The notes under the pieces were generated by a model. That model ran no database searches, was not told the DNA's origin, and saw only the letters and a list, made by a program, of their open reading frames with translations. The position numbers and the translations under genes are program-made. 64,000 bases of DNA, from contig NW_024704743.1 in NCBI RefSeq assembly GCF_018977255.1, positions 93,436,001-93,500,000 of the forward strand, read 5' to 3'. This DNA is from Callorhinchus milii (lineage: Eukaryota). Of the stretch, positions 12,690 to 26,365 are shown piece after piece (the first letter of the stretch is position 1; every line of letters starts with the position of its first letter).

Positions 12690-13530
12690 GTTCACCAGAA
12701 AGAGACTTTACCTAATACAGGTGGTGTGGATTACAGATCTTTTAATATCATATACAATGGTGATCTCTGTATTACTCCTAGTGCCTTATGCAGGTGAGTA
12801 TCAAAACAGCAAAATCAAACACATGAATGCATGGCTGAAGAAATGGTGTAGAAAGGAGTGCTTCAGGTTCCTGGAACATTGGGACCAGTTCTAGGGCAGG
12901 TGGGATCTTTACAAGCTGGATGGGTTACACTTAGCAGGGCTGGGACCAATGTCCTCACAGGGAGGTTAACTAGTGCTGTGGGGAAGGATGTAAACTAATT
13001 TCAAGTTGTGAAAGGAATCAGGATGCAGCATCAGAAAGGAGAAACAAGTTACATAGAGGACTAGAAGAGATGAACAGCAATACAATAAGGAGTAGTCCAG
13101 AAAAAGGAGGGATTAGACGGGGGAGAAATGCAGAGCAGACTAAGTCGGTCTTGGAGTGCATGTGCCTAAATGCATGGAGTGTGACAAATAAGATTGGTGA
13201 GCTGCAGGCTCAAGTTGCCACATGAGGTTATGATGTAGTGGCAATAACGGAGTCTTGGCTTAAACAAGGGCAGGAATGGGAGCTGAATATTCCTGGCTAC
13301 AATGTATTCAGAAGGGATAGGGAAGAAAAAAAGAGGGGGTTTGCAATATTGATTAAAGACATGGTTATTCCCCTGGAAAGCGACGGTATGCTAGAGGGTT
13401 GAAAAACAGAATCTATTTGGTTAGCGTTAAGGAGCAGAAAAGGAGTTGTTACTCTTTTAGGTGTACATACTATAGACCACCAAATAGTGGAAAGGAGATA
13501 AACAAGAAAATCTTCAGTGAAATCGCCAGA
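12690..13530 (+). mobile_element. CR1 LINE internal fragment: end of ORF1 SGNH esterase and start of ORF2 APE endonuclease
   Basis: MNAWLKKWCRKECFRFLEHWDQF..RWDLYKLDGLHL, then CLNAWSVTNKIGEL...YDVVAITESWL...LNIPGYNVFRRDR...YYRPPNSG. Confidence 0.93.
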
Positions 13531-13699
13531 GAAAATTATCTCCCCAATATGAATCTGGTGGTATTAAAATGCCCTCCTTTTAGATATCTTCTTGGCTTTT
13601 CACATCTTTTCACTATTGAATAATCATACTGTATTTTAAAGCTAAACTGACCTGCATTTGCTGTGATATCTGATTCTTACGACTGGGCGGCACTGCTTC

Positions 13700-14060
13700 T
13701 AATAATAATGATAATCCTTGCATTTGATATAGTGCCTCAACACGTCTTTGAGACATCTCAAAGTGCTTCACAGCATATATTGTGAAATGGATTGACTGCA
13801 TTTTGTGGTCTAAACACAGCAACCAATTTTGCACAGCAATGTCCCACAAACAGTTGTAAATTAAGTGACCAATTTGTTTTGAGGAATTAATTACCCCCGG
13901 AAAGCAATTCGCCAATTGACAAGCAACCGGATTCCTATTTACCGCTAGGTAAACAGAGGCGTGTGGAGGAAGGAAACGTGCCTAAGGTTTCACCCCACCG
14001 GAAATCAAACCCAGGTCCTCTTGCTTGTGGGTCGAATATGCTCAGCAGTATACCATGGGA
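13700..14060 (-). mobile_element. tRNA/Deu/L2-tail SINE (long subfamily)
   Basis: Full reverse copy from the (TAA)n tail to the tRNA head. Confidence 0.88.
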
Positions 14061-15829
14061 CTAATATCTACCTGCTCTAATATCTAAGGACAAATATCTA
14101 CCTGCTGCTCTGTTTCAGTACCTTAGTCCAACAAATGGGTGGAACTGTAATAACCCTGAATAGGGCATAACCAATGTTAGGTTAACTTGATCCAGGGGCC
14201 TTGTTGCAGATCCCAAAATTACACTGTTCCTTCATCAGTGGCCAAATAATCAGGGGTAGCAGATATCTTCATGGAAGACAACTAAGATAACATTATATTG
14301 CTGTTGTACCATATGTAAGCATAAGGTGGCAATGTGCAGAAATACAGAGGTACAACATGCACTCAGTTTTAGCACATTCCATCTAGATTGACTAAACCAC
14401 AAGCTCAAACTCAACATAGGGCTTGACTTTATCATATCCTGCAGACCCAGAAGTGGGAGTACAACCAACTGAGTCAAATTGGCAACTACTGTCCCTTACA
14501 CCACCACATCTCCCTCTCTATTTCTCGAGGTTAAGTGCTTCGAGATTAGTGCTCTATTTGAAATTTGGACCATTTCAAACAGAATACTGTCTCCTGGAGG
14601 AAGTGCAAGAGTACTGATGAATTTCTCTGAGGCTGTTTCTAGCTGCTGAATATTTATTCTGACCTGTACTTATTCTGATACAGTATAATCTTTGGATTTT
14701 TATTCATGTCATGATATTCACTGTCAAGGCTCCTATATGGATAATAGTTTCTTGGACAGCAACTGGTATATATGTAACTATATCCCAGTTCACAGCGCTC
14801 CGAGACGTTATCCTGTGTTAAGGGGGCTATGCAAGTTCTTGTTTATGCTCTCCGGGATTCTACCTTGTGTGAGGGAGCTACATAAATGCAAGTTGTTGTT
14901 GTAGTAGATGGTGGGGGGGAAGGACCCAAACACCTTTAAGAGCAAAGGAGAACAAAATAACATGTTTGGCAAATCTTTCCTTGAAGAAATGCAATGCTTC
15001 TTTTTTCTGTGTAGCAATATTCTCTCCTTGCAGACCTGATTCATGACAACAATTATAACTCTGAATATGTCATTACCATTTTCCACAGGCAGATAGCAAA
15101 AAATAATCATGCTGCATTGACTGGAAGGCAGCTATTTAAACTATTCAATAGCACTACATTTTCATTATGGAAACAGTTTTAAAAAAAGTAAAAATTGATA
15201 AAAGTAGGTGAAAGTAAGATTGAAAAAATTTTTACAGAAAAACACGCAGGCAACACAATGAAGTGTTTTGATGTGAATCAATTCACTGCATCATGAAAAG
15301 AAACACGTTTGTGAGATAATATTTTCATGAACATCATACCCCTTTAAAATCAACCACCAGAAAGTAACAAGTCAACATTAGTGAATTTGAAGTAGTGTAA
15401 TTCAAAAGATTCTTGATTTGATGCCCTTTCAAAGTCATTAAATGAGTGCCTGAGGTGGGAGGAAGATAAGCGAGATCTCCCAGAATATTAATAAAATCAT
15501 TACATTTGATCTTCCACATTGGAAGGAAGTCTCTTAAGCACTTCACAGGATATATTTTTTAAAAATCGTGATCCCTAACTGTCCAGTGCCTTGGGATCTC
15601 CTCCCATGTGAAAGATGCCTTACAAGTGTAATTTTGTTGTATATTGTAAGCGTAGTGACAGTATATTTCGTAGGCGAATTCGGTAACCAGTTTGCACACA
15701 ACAATGTCCGACAAACAGCAATGAAGTGCATGACCAATTTTATTCCAATAATCCTTAATAATAATTCTTGGTATAGCCTCAGGAGAATATCCCAAACATT
15801 TTACAGGATACATTGTACAGTGGAGGATG

Positions 15830-16155
15830 GTGGTTTGTGAGTGAACATGCCAGCCAAATTTGCTTACAGTATTGTCCCCAAACAGCTATGGAGTAATTTA
15901 TTTTGGAGGATTGTTGGGAGAAACTGCCTTCTCTTTATGAATTGTGCCATGCGATCTTTAACACGTACTATAACAGGCAGAAGGGGCCTCGGTTAACATC
16001 TTACCCGAAGAATGGTACCTCCAACAATGCAGCATACCCCCAGCACTGCATTGGAGTGTCAGCTTGAACTATATTGGTTACAGGTCCTGACAAGGATCTT
16101 GAACCCACAACCTTCTGACCCAGAGGCGAGACTGCTACCAACTAAGCCAGGCTGA
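15830..16155 (-). mobile_element. DeuSINE-type SINE
   Basis: Reverse head 'cagcctggcttagttggtagcagtctcgcctctgggtcagaaggttgtgggttcaag' plus Deu core. Confidence 0.75.
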
Positions 16156-17069
16156 AATGCCAAACACGTAGTCTGTTTTGAATTGGTTCTGAGTAGACAC
16201 ATGTAGCAAAGCCTAGCAAGGCTGCAGTAAATCAAGGCAAAATCTGGAGGTGAAGACATCCTCAAATTAGCAAGTCAAAGCCCTTTTGGGTATGATATTC
16301 CTGACTGGACAAGCAATGTGCTGAACAGTAACCAATCCCACATTGACAACAAATTAAATGCCAACCAATCTGGCAAGTGATTTTAGAGTACGTTAAACAT
16401 CACAATTAATTGCTCCATTGATCCAGCCACTGTCAATAACAGGATAGATGTACCACTGGAAATTCACTCTTGTGCATATTTTAAATCAATGCATTACTTC
16501 CTTCATCTTAACGTCAAATAAAAGTTACCTATTTGGTTCTTGCTAGTACTCTTGCTCCTACTCCATCATGCTTCCTGGTGGCTCACCTCAGGTTTTGTCA
16601 GCCACAGTGCAATCTTGTCATTTTGTTTGACCCCCAGCTGTGCTTCAAAACCCACAATGATCCATTGCTAAATCCACTTTTTTTTTAAATTCTCCTCAAT
16701 GTTAAACTTATACTCCAATGTTTTCCTGTTCCAGCTTTCACGAGCACTGTGATCTCATCCAAGCCTCTGCAGCTGTATTTTGTGGTCAAATGTGAACCAG
16801 AACAACTCTGTTCTGTTTAATTTGATTTAATTTATCTTAATTTCTGAGAACATTGGGCTCCATCTATTCCTTATTGCTATCTCCATCAGGTTCTACTGGG
16901 GTGAGGGAGGGGGGAAGGAGTGGTTTCAGTCACATACATATCATTAAGAACAGGAATTAAGAATAGTTCTAACTGCATTTTCCTCTCTGGTGATAATAGT
17001 CATATTGCAAAATGTCTTTTTACCACTCTTCTCCTTTATCCTCACTAGGAGAACTTAATGTTGTAACAA

Positions 17070-17640
17070 AGACCGAAGGCGCGTTTGATGAGGAGGGTCT
17101 TGAGATGTGTCTTGAAGGACGCAAGAGTGAGAGCAAGGCAAAGGGACTGGGATGGAGTTCCAAAGGGTGGGGGCAAAGAGGGCTGAAGGCCCAACTGCCA
17201 ATGATGGGCCAGGCCAGGCAGGGGACATGGCATTAGCAGGTCACAGATGTAGGAAGCAGCAAGGCTGGGGCAGTTTTTGAAGGACAGGAAAGAATTTTGA
17301 GCTCTATCCTCTGGGGGATAGGGAGTCAGTGGAGCCAGGTGAGGGTGGGGGTGATAAGATCATGGAGCCTAATGCAGGAAAGGACAAGAGTTGCAGAGTT
17401 CTGGATGATCTGCAGCTTGTGGAGAGAAGAGTTTTGAAGGCCAACAAGCAGGGAGTTGGTATAGTCGAGCCTAGATGTAATAAATGCATGGATGAGGGTT
17501 TTGGTGGCCTGAGGGGAGAGGCAGAGCTGGGTGATAATGTGGAGATGGGGGAAGGCAGAGCAGGTCATGGCATGTTGAGGGTCAAAGGACAGTTGTGGGT
17601 CAAACAAGAAGCTTAGGTTCCAGCCTGGCTCAGTGAAGTA
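17070..17640 (-). mobile_element. L2 3' fragment
   Basis: ORF 17326-17655 TLIHAFITSRLDYTNSLLVGL..SSLHKLQIIQNSA is the L2 ORF2 C-terminus. Confidence 0.93.
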
Positions 17641-17643
17641 GGT

Positions 17644-18710
17644 CAACAACAACAATAAAATTACATTTGTAAAGTGCCTTTCACGTCAGGAGGATATCCC
17701 AAAGCTGAACAGAGATCAGAATCCAAGCATGGTAGGGGCAGGGTTGGGATGAGGGAGGGTAAAGGGGTAGGAGAGCGCCTGAAGGCACAGTCGAAAAGGA
17801 GGGTCTTTGAGTCGTGCTTTGAAGGAGGCAAGGGAGGAAGCAAGGTGAAGGGATTGTGGAATGGAGTTCCAAAGGATGGGGGCGCAGAGGTTGAAAGCCC
17901 AGCCGCTGATGGTAGGGCGAGAGACATGGAGCAGGCCGGAGCCTGCTGAATGGAGGAAATGGAGAGGTTGATAGAGGGTTAGCAGGTCAGAGAGGTAGGA
18001 GAGAGCAAGGCAGTGGAGGGCCTTGAAAGTGAGGACGAGGATTTCGTACTCTATCCTCTGAAAGATGTGGAGCCGGGCAAGAGTGGCAGTGATGGGGTCA
18101 CGGACCCTGATACGGGAGAGGACATGAGCTGCAGGGTTATAATAATAATAATAATAATATTCTGGATGATCTGCAGCTTGTGGACGGAAGATTTGTGGAG
18201 GCTGACAAGGAAGGATTTTCCGTAGTCAAGCCTTGAGGTGACGAATGCGTGCATGAGGGTTTCGGCGGCCTGAGGGGTGAGGCAGTGGTGAAGTCGGGCA
18301 ATGTTGCGGCGGTGGGGGAAGGCAGAGCGGGTCATGGCATCGATATGGGGGAGAAAGGACAGTTGAGGGTTGAACAAGACGCCCAGGCTCCTGACTGGCT
18401 TGGTGAGGTGGAGTGTGCATCCATGGATGCTAATGCTGCTAGTGCATGAGGTGCGGGTGCAACAGCGCGAGCCAATCAGGAGGGCCTCGGTCTTGTTGAC
18501 ATTCAGCTGTAGAAAGCAATAAAGATTCACAGTCTGTCAGGACGTCAGTTGTCCTGGAATCGAGAGTGGAAACAGAGAGATAGAGTTGGGTATCAACCGT
18601 GTACGTGTGGAAGTTGACCCCCATGTCTACGGATAATGTCACCATGGGGAAAGCATGTAGAGGTTGAAGACGAGGGGACTAAGGATAGAGCCCTGAGAAA
18701 CACTGGACAA
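17644..18710 (-). mobile_element. L2 LINE, about 1.07-kb 5'-truncated copy
   Basis: Tail at 17644; FHTYTVDTQLYLS (YADD region), LQLNVNKTEALLIGS and HAFVTSRLDY. Confidence 0.95.
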
Positions 18711-21099
18711 GACTGTTTAAATGTGAATCTTTATTGCTTTTGCATTCCCCAACCTGACCTTTGTGTCTGTTTATTTCCCAGGCTGCCTACCTGTTGTTGT
18801 CAAATACTTGTGGCAATTAACATTGCTTAGATTGCACATTTCTCTCCAGTGAGAGTAAATAACAATCATTTCTATTTCTGTTTTATAGAACATAGAATTT
18901 TTTCACATCAGCAGAACGTTTCAAAGCCTATGAAGAAGGAGGGACTCCAGGATGGAGTTCCTGAGGTCGAGGACAAAATGATTATCAATTATATTATTAA
19001 GCATTTAATTTTAGTCGATCTGATCAATGGGTTACAATGTTCTCCAAAGGGTGATGGGATTTCAAACAGAATTCAGTTTGTTCAAATATTCTCCCAGGCA
19101 AAACGGAGTCAAATGAATGAATGCTTGAAGATCAGATACAATAACATCACTGCCTTGGTTTGATGCTTAATGCTCTGTGCACTTTGTTAAGGTTCTTTCA
19201 AAACAAACTTTGGAATCCAGTGCAGCTTTTGGTACAATTATTCTATGTCAGTGAGTCAGAGTCAAGCAAAAATGAATGAAGAAAATTTCTTCCTGCACAT
19301 CAGAGGATATTTTTACCTCAAGATTTTTTTTCCCCATGTTATTCCTGGATCAAGCCTGAAACTATTTGAAAGAACTTAATTTTTTAAAAAAAAACTCACG
19401 TCAAAAGCCTCTATAGAAGAGGAAGCTGCAGGAAATGAGTTACCACATTGTGTAAAATATTGCCATAGACAGTTATTGCTATGTTATTCAAGACATGCCT
19501 GAGGATTAATCTTTCCCAGTCATGAGCTATGTGAGCAGCTAAACTCAAGGATCCCATTAAATGATGCTTTTCATTGATGCCCCTGCAGTATATGTCTATG
19601 TCACTGGTGCTGACATTTGTCTTTCTGAGTGGTCGCTTTGCTAGGGTTTATCCACCAAAGGGCATTAGAATCAACTGGAGGACTGTGGTTCAAGACTAGA
19701 TGGCCATAACGGAAATCAGAACACAGTCTGTTAAATGTGTGGCTGGTGATTTCTCGATGAAGTAATGTGTAACTGTGCAGACTCTGGCTAATAAAGAGTA
19801 GTTCCTTGAATACAGCTCGTCGCTGGATCCTCACCACCAGAAAATGTACGGGAAAGGTCTACCGTGATCTAATAAAATGGAAAGCATGCTCGATGAGATG
19901 GATGGCTTCGACAACAACAACTTGCACTTATATAGCACTCTCCACACAGGGTAGCATCTCAGAGCGCTTCCTCCTATTCCCGTGTTTCCCTGAATCTTCA
20001 TATGCCTCATTGGCTCTGAGGCTCATGAGTCTGAGTAACATTCCCCAAGTTGTGATTCACTTCTTCTGGTGGTGAAGAAATACTAGTAAAGTTACCATTT
20101 TCAAGCAAAAATTTTTAACTCAATGAATGAAACTCGGACATCATATTTCAGTCCACAGCTGCATGGTTTGAGTGGTTAAGAGATACGTCTGCTATCAGGC
20201 ATCATTTGAATAATTATTCATCTGGAGCCAGTTAGCCCCAAATCAGCTGATTGAGTATTGTCCCACAGGCACTTATGCCCATGATCTTTAGCTAATTGCT
20301 CCTTACTGCTGCCAATGTCTGGCATTTTCTCAAGCTGCTCACTCGATGTCTTTGACTTTCTCATACCCTGCAGGTAAGATGTGTCAATATAATGACCTCT
20401 CAACAAAATATTGATGCAATTCCAGCATATTTTACACTGTTGAGAATAAATAAACATGTTTAAAGAACATTATGCAGTGTATGCAGAACATGTATAACAA
20501 ATTGAACTCTCTGAGAATTATAACAAAATTGTACATACAAACAAAAAGTGCTCTTGTTCCATCTGCATCTTTTTTAAAAAGTCAAACATATGTGAACTTT
20601 GAATGATGTACTGCATCTTTTAGATTTGTGAACCTCAAGGGTCTTTATAACACAGTAAAAAAAATCTTAGTTCTTATTGTAAATGACAATTTCAGGGCAT
20701 ACTCTGGTAGGTTTCAGCACCTTGGGACATCCTCCAGAGATTAAAGATGTATTTACAATGTAAATTTGTATTGTAATACTGTTTTTATGGTTTATTTATA
20801 CAAAATGCAATACGTTACCTGAAAGGGTGGTAGTTGCCTGGACACTGGACTCACTTAAGAAACAACTTTATGAAGTAATGGTAAGATGGTTAGAATTCTG
20901 GAAATATCTTCTTCATTAAATCTCTCTTGAATGATATGAACAGAGACTACACTAAGACAGTATGTTTGGGAGGATGCTTTTATTTTACTCCCAGCTTCTT
21001 TCAGCAATTGTCCATGTGTAGAAACTAGATAAACCCTCTAGTGGACTGGAAAGATATTGCACTTTCTTAAAGCAACAGCACTGAGAGTTCCTCTGCAGC

Positions 21100-21820
21100 C
21101 TTGTAGTATTGTGGAACTGGAAGCACTGATGGCAACAGGTGATTACAATGCGCTTGGAATCACAGATCCATGGCTAAACCAGGATGATGGAACTGAACAT
21201 AACTTACAAGAACATAGGCTATTCAGGAAGGATCAGACGCTATGAGCGAGATCTTAGCACGCTATGTTAATAGATATTAGGACTGTATCTGACAAAAAGA
21301 AAGTTGTACTGATGGGGGACTTCAATCAGCCCAACTGCGAATGCCTACGTAAGAAAGCCTCTGAGCTTATAACTGTAGTGAATGACTGTTTCCTGACTCA
21401 GGGAGCCCACAAGCAGAAGTTCTCTTCTTCACTTAGTCGAGCCAGTGACCCAAACACTATTCAGGAAGGAGAAATAGTTGATCCATTAGGGGACATTGAC
21501 CACAGCTCAATAATCTTCAGTTTAACGTGGGAAACAGAGCACACAACCAAAGTCCCAATAACTTACAAATTAAGTTTGATAATTTCTTAATTTGTGCGTA
21601 TTTACAATGCAATTCTTGTAAAAACAGTTGGAGGTGGCAATAAACAAGCCAAACAAATTCTGGGCTATGTTGCTAATTCAATTGACTTTAGATCCCCAGA
21701 TATCATTCTCAGGCTGTACAGTGCTGTATGCAGTGATGGAGGGATGGGAGGGTGGGTGTTCTGGAGGGATGAGATCACATGGGCCGAAGGGCCTTCTTCA
21801 TCCAGACCAACCTTGTGATC
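21100..21820 (+). mobile_element. old, internally deleted CR1 (APE remnant plus 3' end)
   Basis: ELEALMATGDYNALGITDPWL...LFRKD; VVLMGDFNQP; PLGDIDHS; QILGYVANSIDFRSPDIILRLYSA; tail 'tgggccgaagggccttcttc'. Confidence 0.8.
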
Positions 21821-22068
21821 GTATAGCCTCCAGTAAAGTTAGGTTAAATTGTACTGTGTCAACTGATACAAGGCTTTTTGTGTACTTTCTTAAGTTGTGT
21901 GTATTTACAATGCAATTCTTAAACATCAGAAACTTTGTGTGACAGCAATAGTTTTGAATTTAAAACTTCAACCCCCTTCAGTTGTTATGATGTTATTTAT
22001 TTTGACAGAGTTGTCAAAACTAAGCGAACCTACTTGATATTAGATGATTAGAGGATATTAGAGGATTG

Positions 22069-22386
22069 TGGAGTCCTGTAGCTCAGTGGTTGAGCACTCG
22101 CTTTGCAAGCGAGAGACCTGAGTTCAATTCCAGGCAGAGGGCGAAACCTTGGGCAAGTTTCCTTACTCCACACGCCTAATAATAATCCCTCCAAAACCAA
22201 AAACAATAATAAATTGGTCATTTTCAACCCGTGACTGTTTGTGGACATTGCTGTGCGCAATTGGCTGCCGCGTTCGCCCACAAATATACAGTCAATTCAC
22301 TTTACAGTGTGTTCTGTGAAGCGCTTTGGGACGTCCTCCTGACGTGAAAAGCGCTATATCAAATGCAAGGATTATTATTATTATTA
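22069..22386 (+). mobile_element. young full-length tRNA-Ala-derived SINE (short subfamily)
   Basis: A box TAGCTCAGTGG 22079-22089, anticodon arm CTCGC-TTTGCAA-GCGAG (TGC), B box GAGTTCAATTCC 22120-22131, Deu-like core, L2-type hairpin tail and (TTA)n. Confidence 0.96.
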
Positions 22387-24289
22387 CCCTAGAACTACCT
22401 GCCAAGAAGATATTTAATTTCTGCAGGATTGATTAATTGTACTCATGCCTTGAGTTTATGTATTTGTTCCACAGACCTTAGCTCTTCACCCTAGCCTCCT
22501 GTCCATCACAGAGAACAGAAAGCAGGCATGAAGAACTAACAATAACAGTGAAAAGATATAACCCCCAGTTCCTAAAATTGACCACTGTTGCAAAAAGTGA
22601 ATTATCTGTACCTGCATATCAGGTGGATTTACAATGAAGGCCATTTAACCTGCGAACATTAACTCATAATTCTACATCAAAGTATGTTTTTCCTAAACAA
22701 CCATGGAGGGTTAAAGCTTTTCAAGAGAATTAGCCATAACTGTTGGTAGAATAGCATTTTAAAATAACCAGCACATATAACTATGTCTCAGTCAGTGTTC
22801 ATCATCTAATTACTGTTTTAGCTCAGGTCCCTTTGGAGCCATTCTTCATTGCTTTGGCAGGAAAAGAATTAACTTTTGTCTTTTCACCAAATGACCAATG
22901 ATTAGGATGCCAGCCAGGTGCAGCTGACCCAGACAAATTGTTCTGTAAGGTATCACAGGAAATTGGATTAGTCCAGATCTATTACTCTGTGAGCAACTGG
23001 AGTTGTGCTGTGAGAGCTAAAAAAAAATTAGTGTCACTAAGGATGTGTCAGTCAGTGTCTAGGATTTCTCAGGGTCATTGAACTTTGAAATATATATTGA
23101 GGGATGTTTACATGCATGCAACACAATGGGAAGTATGAATAGGAAATAACACCACGAGGCCTACATACTCAAATCTTTTGTTTGTATACTCTGTTAAAAG
23201 GCTGAAGTGTGAGATTCAGTGGAAGCCGCTTAAGCCGGATGCCGATTAACCCCATCTGGTTTGCTGATACAGATCATTGCCATTTTGCACATGTCTATGA
23301 CATCCAGTTAATTCAAACGCAAGCTACCTTTATGCCAACGTGTTCTGAAGATGTTGTGATTGTTGCTGACAATGTCATATTAGGTTAGTGCCAAAATGTT
23401 AGGTGATAATTTGATCTTATTGCTAAATTGATGATTTAATAACAAATTGGAACTTTGCATTTCTTTTTGCAGTTATATCATGATGGACTGGGTTAAACAT
23501 AGTCATTCAAATTTATTCAAGTTTAATTTTCAATCTGGTTTTCCATCACTGAACAGGAGGAGGCCATGTGACCTATCAAATCTGTTCCAAAAAATTATTA
23601 GATCACAGCAGATCTTTTATTCCCGCAACTTCATTGGCCTACAAAAATACACAATCACTATACTTTACAGTGAATCCTGTGAAGCACTTTTATGATGCCC
23701 TCCCAATGTGGAAGCCACTATATCAAATGCAAGGATTATTATTATTATTATTTAACTGAATTCCAAAACTGAAATATTGAACATGGCACTCTAGTCAGTA
23801 CTTTTGGTGCATAAGATGGATATTCACCTATGGAAACTGACGTCTCTGGACACATGGCCAGAAATTCAACAGAAAAATAATATGGATTAAATAACATAAT
23901 ACTGAAATGTCAATCCTTTAACTGTCAAAGGGATTGGCACAGAGAAACTTTGTCCAATATTTGTGAAGCATAACAGATAGCAAAATGACTGACTGCAATA
24001 CTTAAGTTATGATCCGTATCCTTAAGGGACCGGTGCACATTCAAGCTGGATCCAATTTTTTTTACACACACACACAATAAATCTATATTGATACTTGACA
24101 TTCGGTGACATTCAATGAGATTCACATCCGATAACTAATTCACAGCTCATTTGCAGCCAAGTTGCCATTTTATGTTTCTGATAAACCGTGAGGGTCTTTT
24201 GTTCTGAATGTAACTCTTTGGGTCTAGCTATAGGCTTGCATGTGGCAGGAAAAACCGTATGTATTCTTCAGATACCTGCAGTATTAATA

Positions 24290-24830
24290 ATAATAATCCT
24301 TGCATTTGTTACAGCAACTATTATGCAAAATGGCCGGTAAATAGTTGTCAAGTGAACAGCTAATTTATCTTGAAGATTGTTGATCAGGACACCAAGAGAA
24401 AGTCCGTTTAGTTTTCAAATACAGTCATGCCATGATATCTTTAACATTCACCTGAACAGGCCTTGTTCTTGGTTTAACATCTCAATTGATTTAACCTCTG
24501 ACAATTCAACACTGCCTTTTGTACTGAAAGGATGGTGGAAACAGGTTCAATAACAACTTTCAAAAGGGAATTGGATAGGTAATAATAATAATAATAATAA
24601 TACTTGAAGAAGAAACATTTGCAAGGATATGGGGAAAGAGCAGGGGAGTGAAATTGATTGGGTAGCTCTTCCAAAAAGCCGACACAGGGATGATGGGCCA
24701 AATGGCCTCCTTCAGTACTGCAATATTCTATTCTATCCACTGAAGTATCGACCTAGACTATGAGTTGAAGACTATAAGATTTGAACCCACAGCCTTCTGA
24801 GATGACAGTGCCAGCAACTGAGGCAAGTTG
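24290..24830 (-). mobile_element. DeuSINE fossil containing a plus-strand CR1 3' end (about 24520-24735)
   Basis: Deu core 'ctttaacattcacctgaacagg' and head at 24780-24830; nested 'ttcaaaagggaattggatag...gatgggccaaatggcctccttc'. Confidence 0.7.
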
Positions 24831-25974
24831 GCACAATGTTATATAGTGCTGTACAAAAGAAAAAGTTTATCAGACACTTCGGATTAAAATATCCTTTAAA
24901 CTTGGCTTTCAAGTTCACTTTTAACACTAAGATGTTTGAGGCAATTTGTACTTCAGAAACATAACTTCCATCAGATAGACTGCTATATATTATTGATTGA
25001 GACTGGTAAATTGGTACCTTTTTTGCACTGCATTCACAGATGAGATTCATATAGACAGACTTTGATCCCACGTTTAGTTCAGTATATCTTTTCCCAGCTC
25101 CCAGAGAGGAATGATGCAACAAGAGGCTGCTTTGTGTGCAAGAGTAAACAAACAATCAAAATATTGTAAATACTTCTATACCAATGAAAAGTTACAGTTC
25201 TTCTTGTCTATCACTGAAAGCTTAGAATCACAGAATTTTTACAATCTATAAAGTACCCATTTGATTCATCATGCCTGTACTGGCTTTCCGAAAACACTAT
25301 CAACTCAATTCAACTCCCCTGTCCTTAATCACAAACCCTTTTTAAAGAACATTTTTTTGTGTGTATGCTTATACATTTAAATTGAACATAAAAATGTACT
25401 ATCTTAAAGTGATTTTCATAATTGCTGGCCAGAATAAGATAGCTTGCTGCTTTGATATGTGGAGAGAATACGTAATATCTGGGTAATGTAATTAGTTGTA
25501 CATCTTCACTGTATTGATTTATCATGTACCATAGCCCAAGGTTCAAAGCACTGTCAGTTTGACTATATATCCTTTCATTATTGGCTTTGACATGACAAAG
25601 CACTTCTGGTTATGAAACCCTTAGAGACAATTTCCCCAACTTTAATTTTACTGATGGCTGATATTTTTGGCAAGCATCAAGAATGATTATGGTTGAAATG
25701 GACAATGTGCGAGAAGTCATCTGTTGTTTTACATGGATTATATCTTTTGTCTGAAACTATAATTTTTGTTTTTGTTCTACTGAGTTCTAACTTTTGATTT
25801 TACCTTGAAGGGGCAGGTTAGGATTACATTGTGCCTATCTTATTTTTAAACAAAGATTGGGAGTACTTTCCCCCATATAATCTAACATAAGCCTTTTGTT
25901 ACTGTTCTGTTGTTTCTGATTCAATTCTTAACTTTGATCCTTTCTTGTTATCCAGCAGCATTTTATTTATAAAT

Positions 25975-26365
25975 TTCAAACTAAAACTACATCACGATTA
26001 ACTAACATTGATTTCAAAGCCTTCACCTTAACCTTCAAAATTCCTTCATATCCTTGAACTCCTCTACCTCTGTGACCTTTTCCTACCCCACTCCTCTGCT
26101 CACCCCTCTGCTCAGCTAACTCAAGCCTGCAGTAAGTCCCCCTCCACACCAAAACCACGTTCAGCTACTATGCCTCTAACTTTTGGAACTCCTCTCTAAC
26201 CCTCTAACTTACCCCCATCTCTATCTGTCTTTAAATCCTGCCGACAAACCTCTTCTTTAACAGTATCTACAATCACTTTCCCTCATCCTCTTTCCTGCTT
26301 GGCATCCGACCAATTCATTGTTAAGATGTTATCCTACATGAAAAGCACTATAGAAATGCAAGTTA
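25975..26365 (+). mobile_element. old L2 3' fragment
   Basis: C-rich UTR, 'ttcagctactatgcctctaacttttggaactcc' and tail 'gaaaagcactatagaaatgcaagtt'. Confidence 0.65.

Noticed and set aside
22070..22140. tRNA-Ala gene
   Set aside because: No 3' acceptor strand or terminator; it runs straight into the SINE body and recurs as SINE heads.
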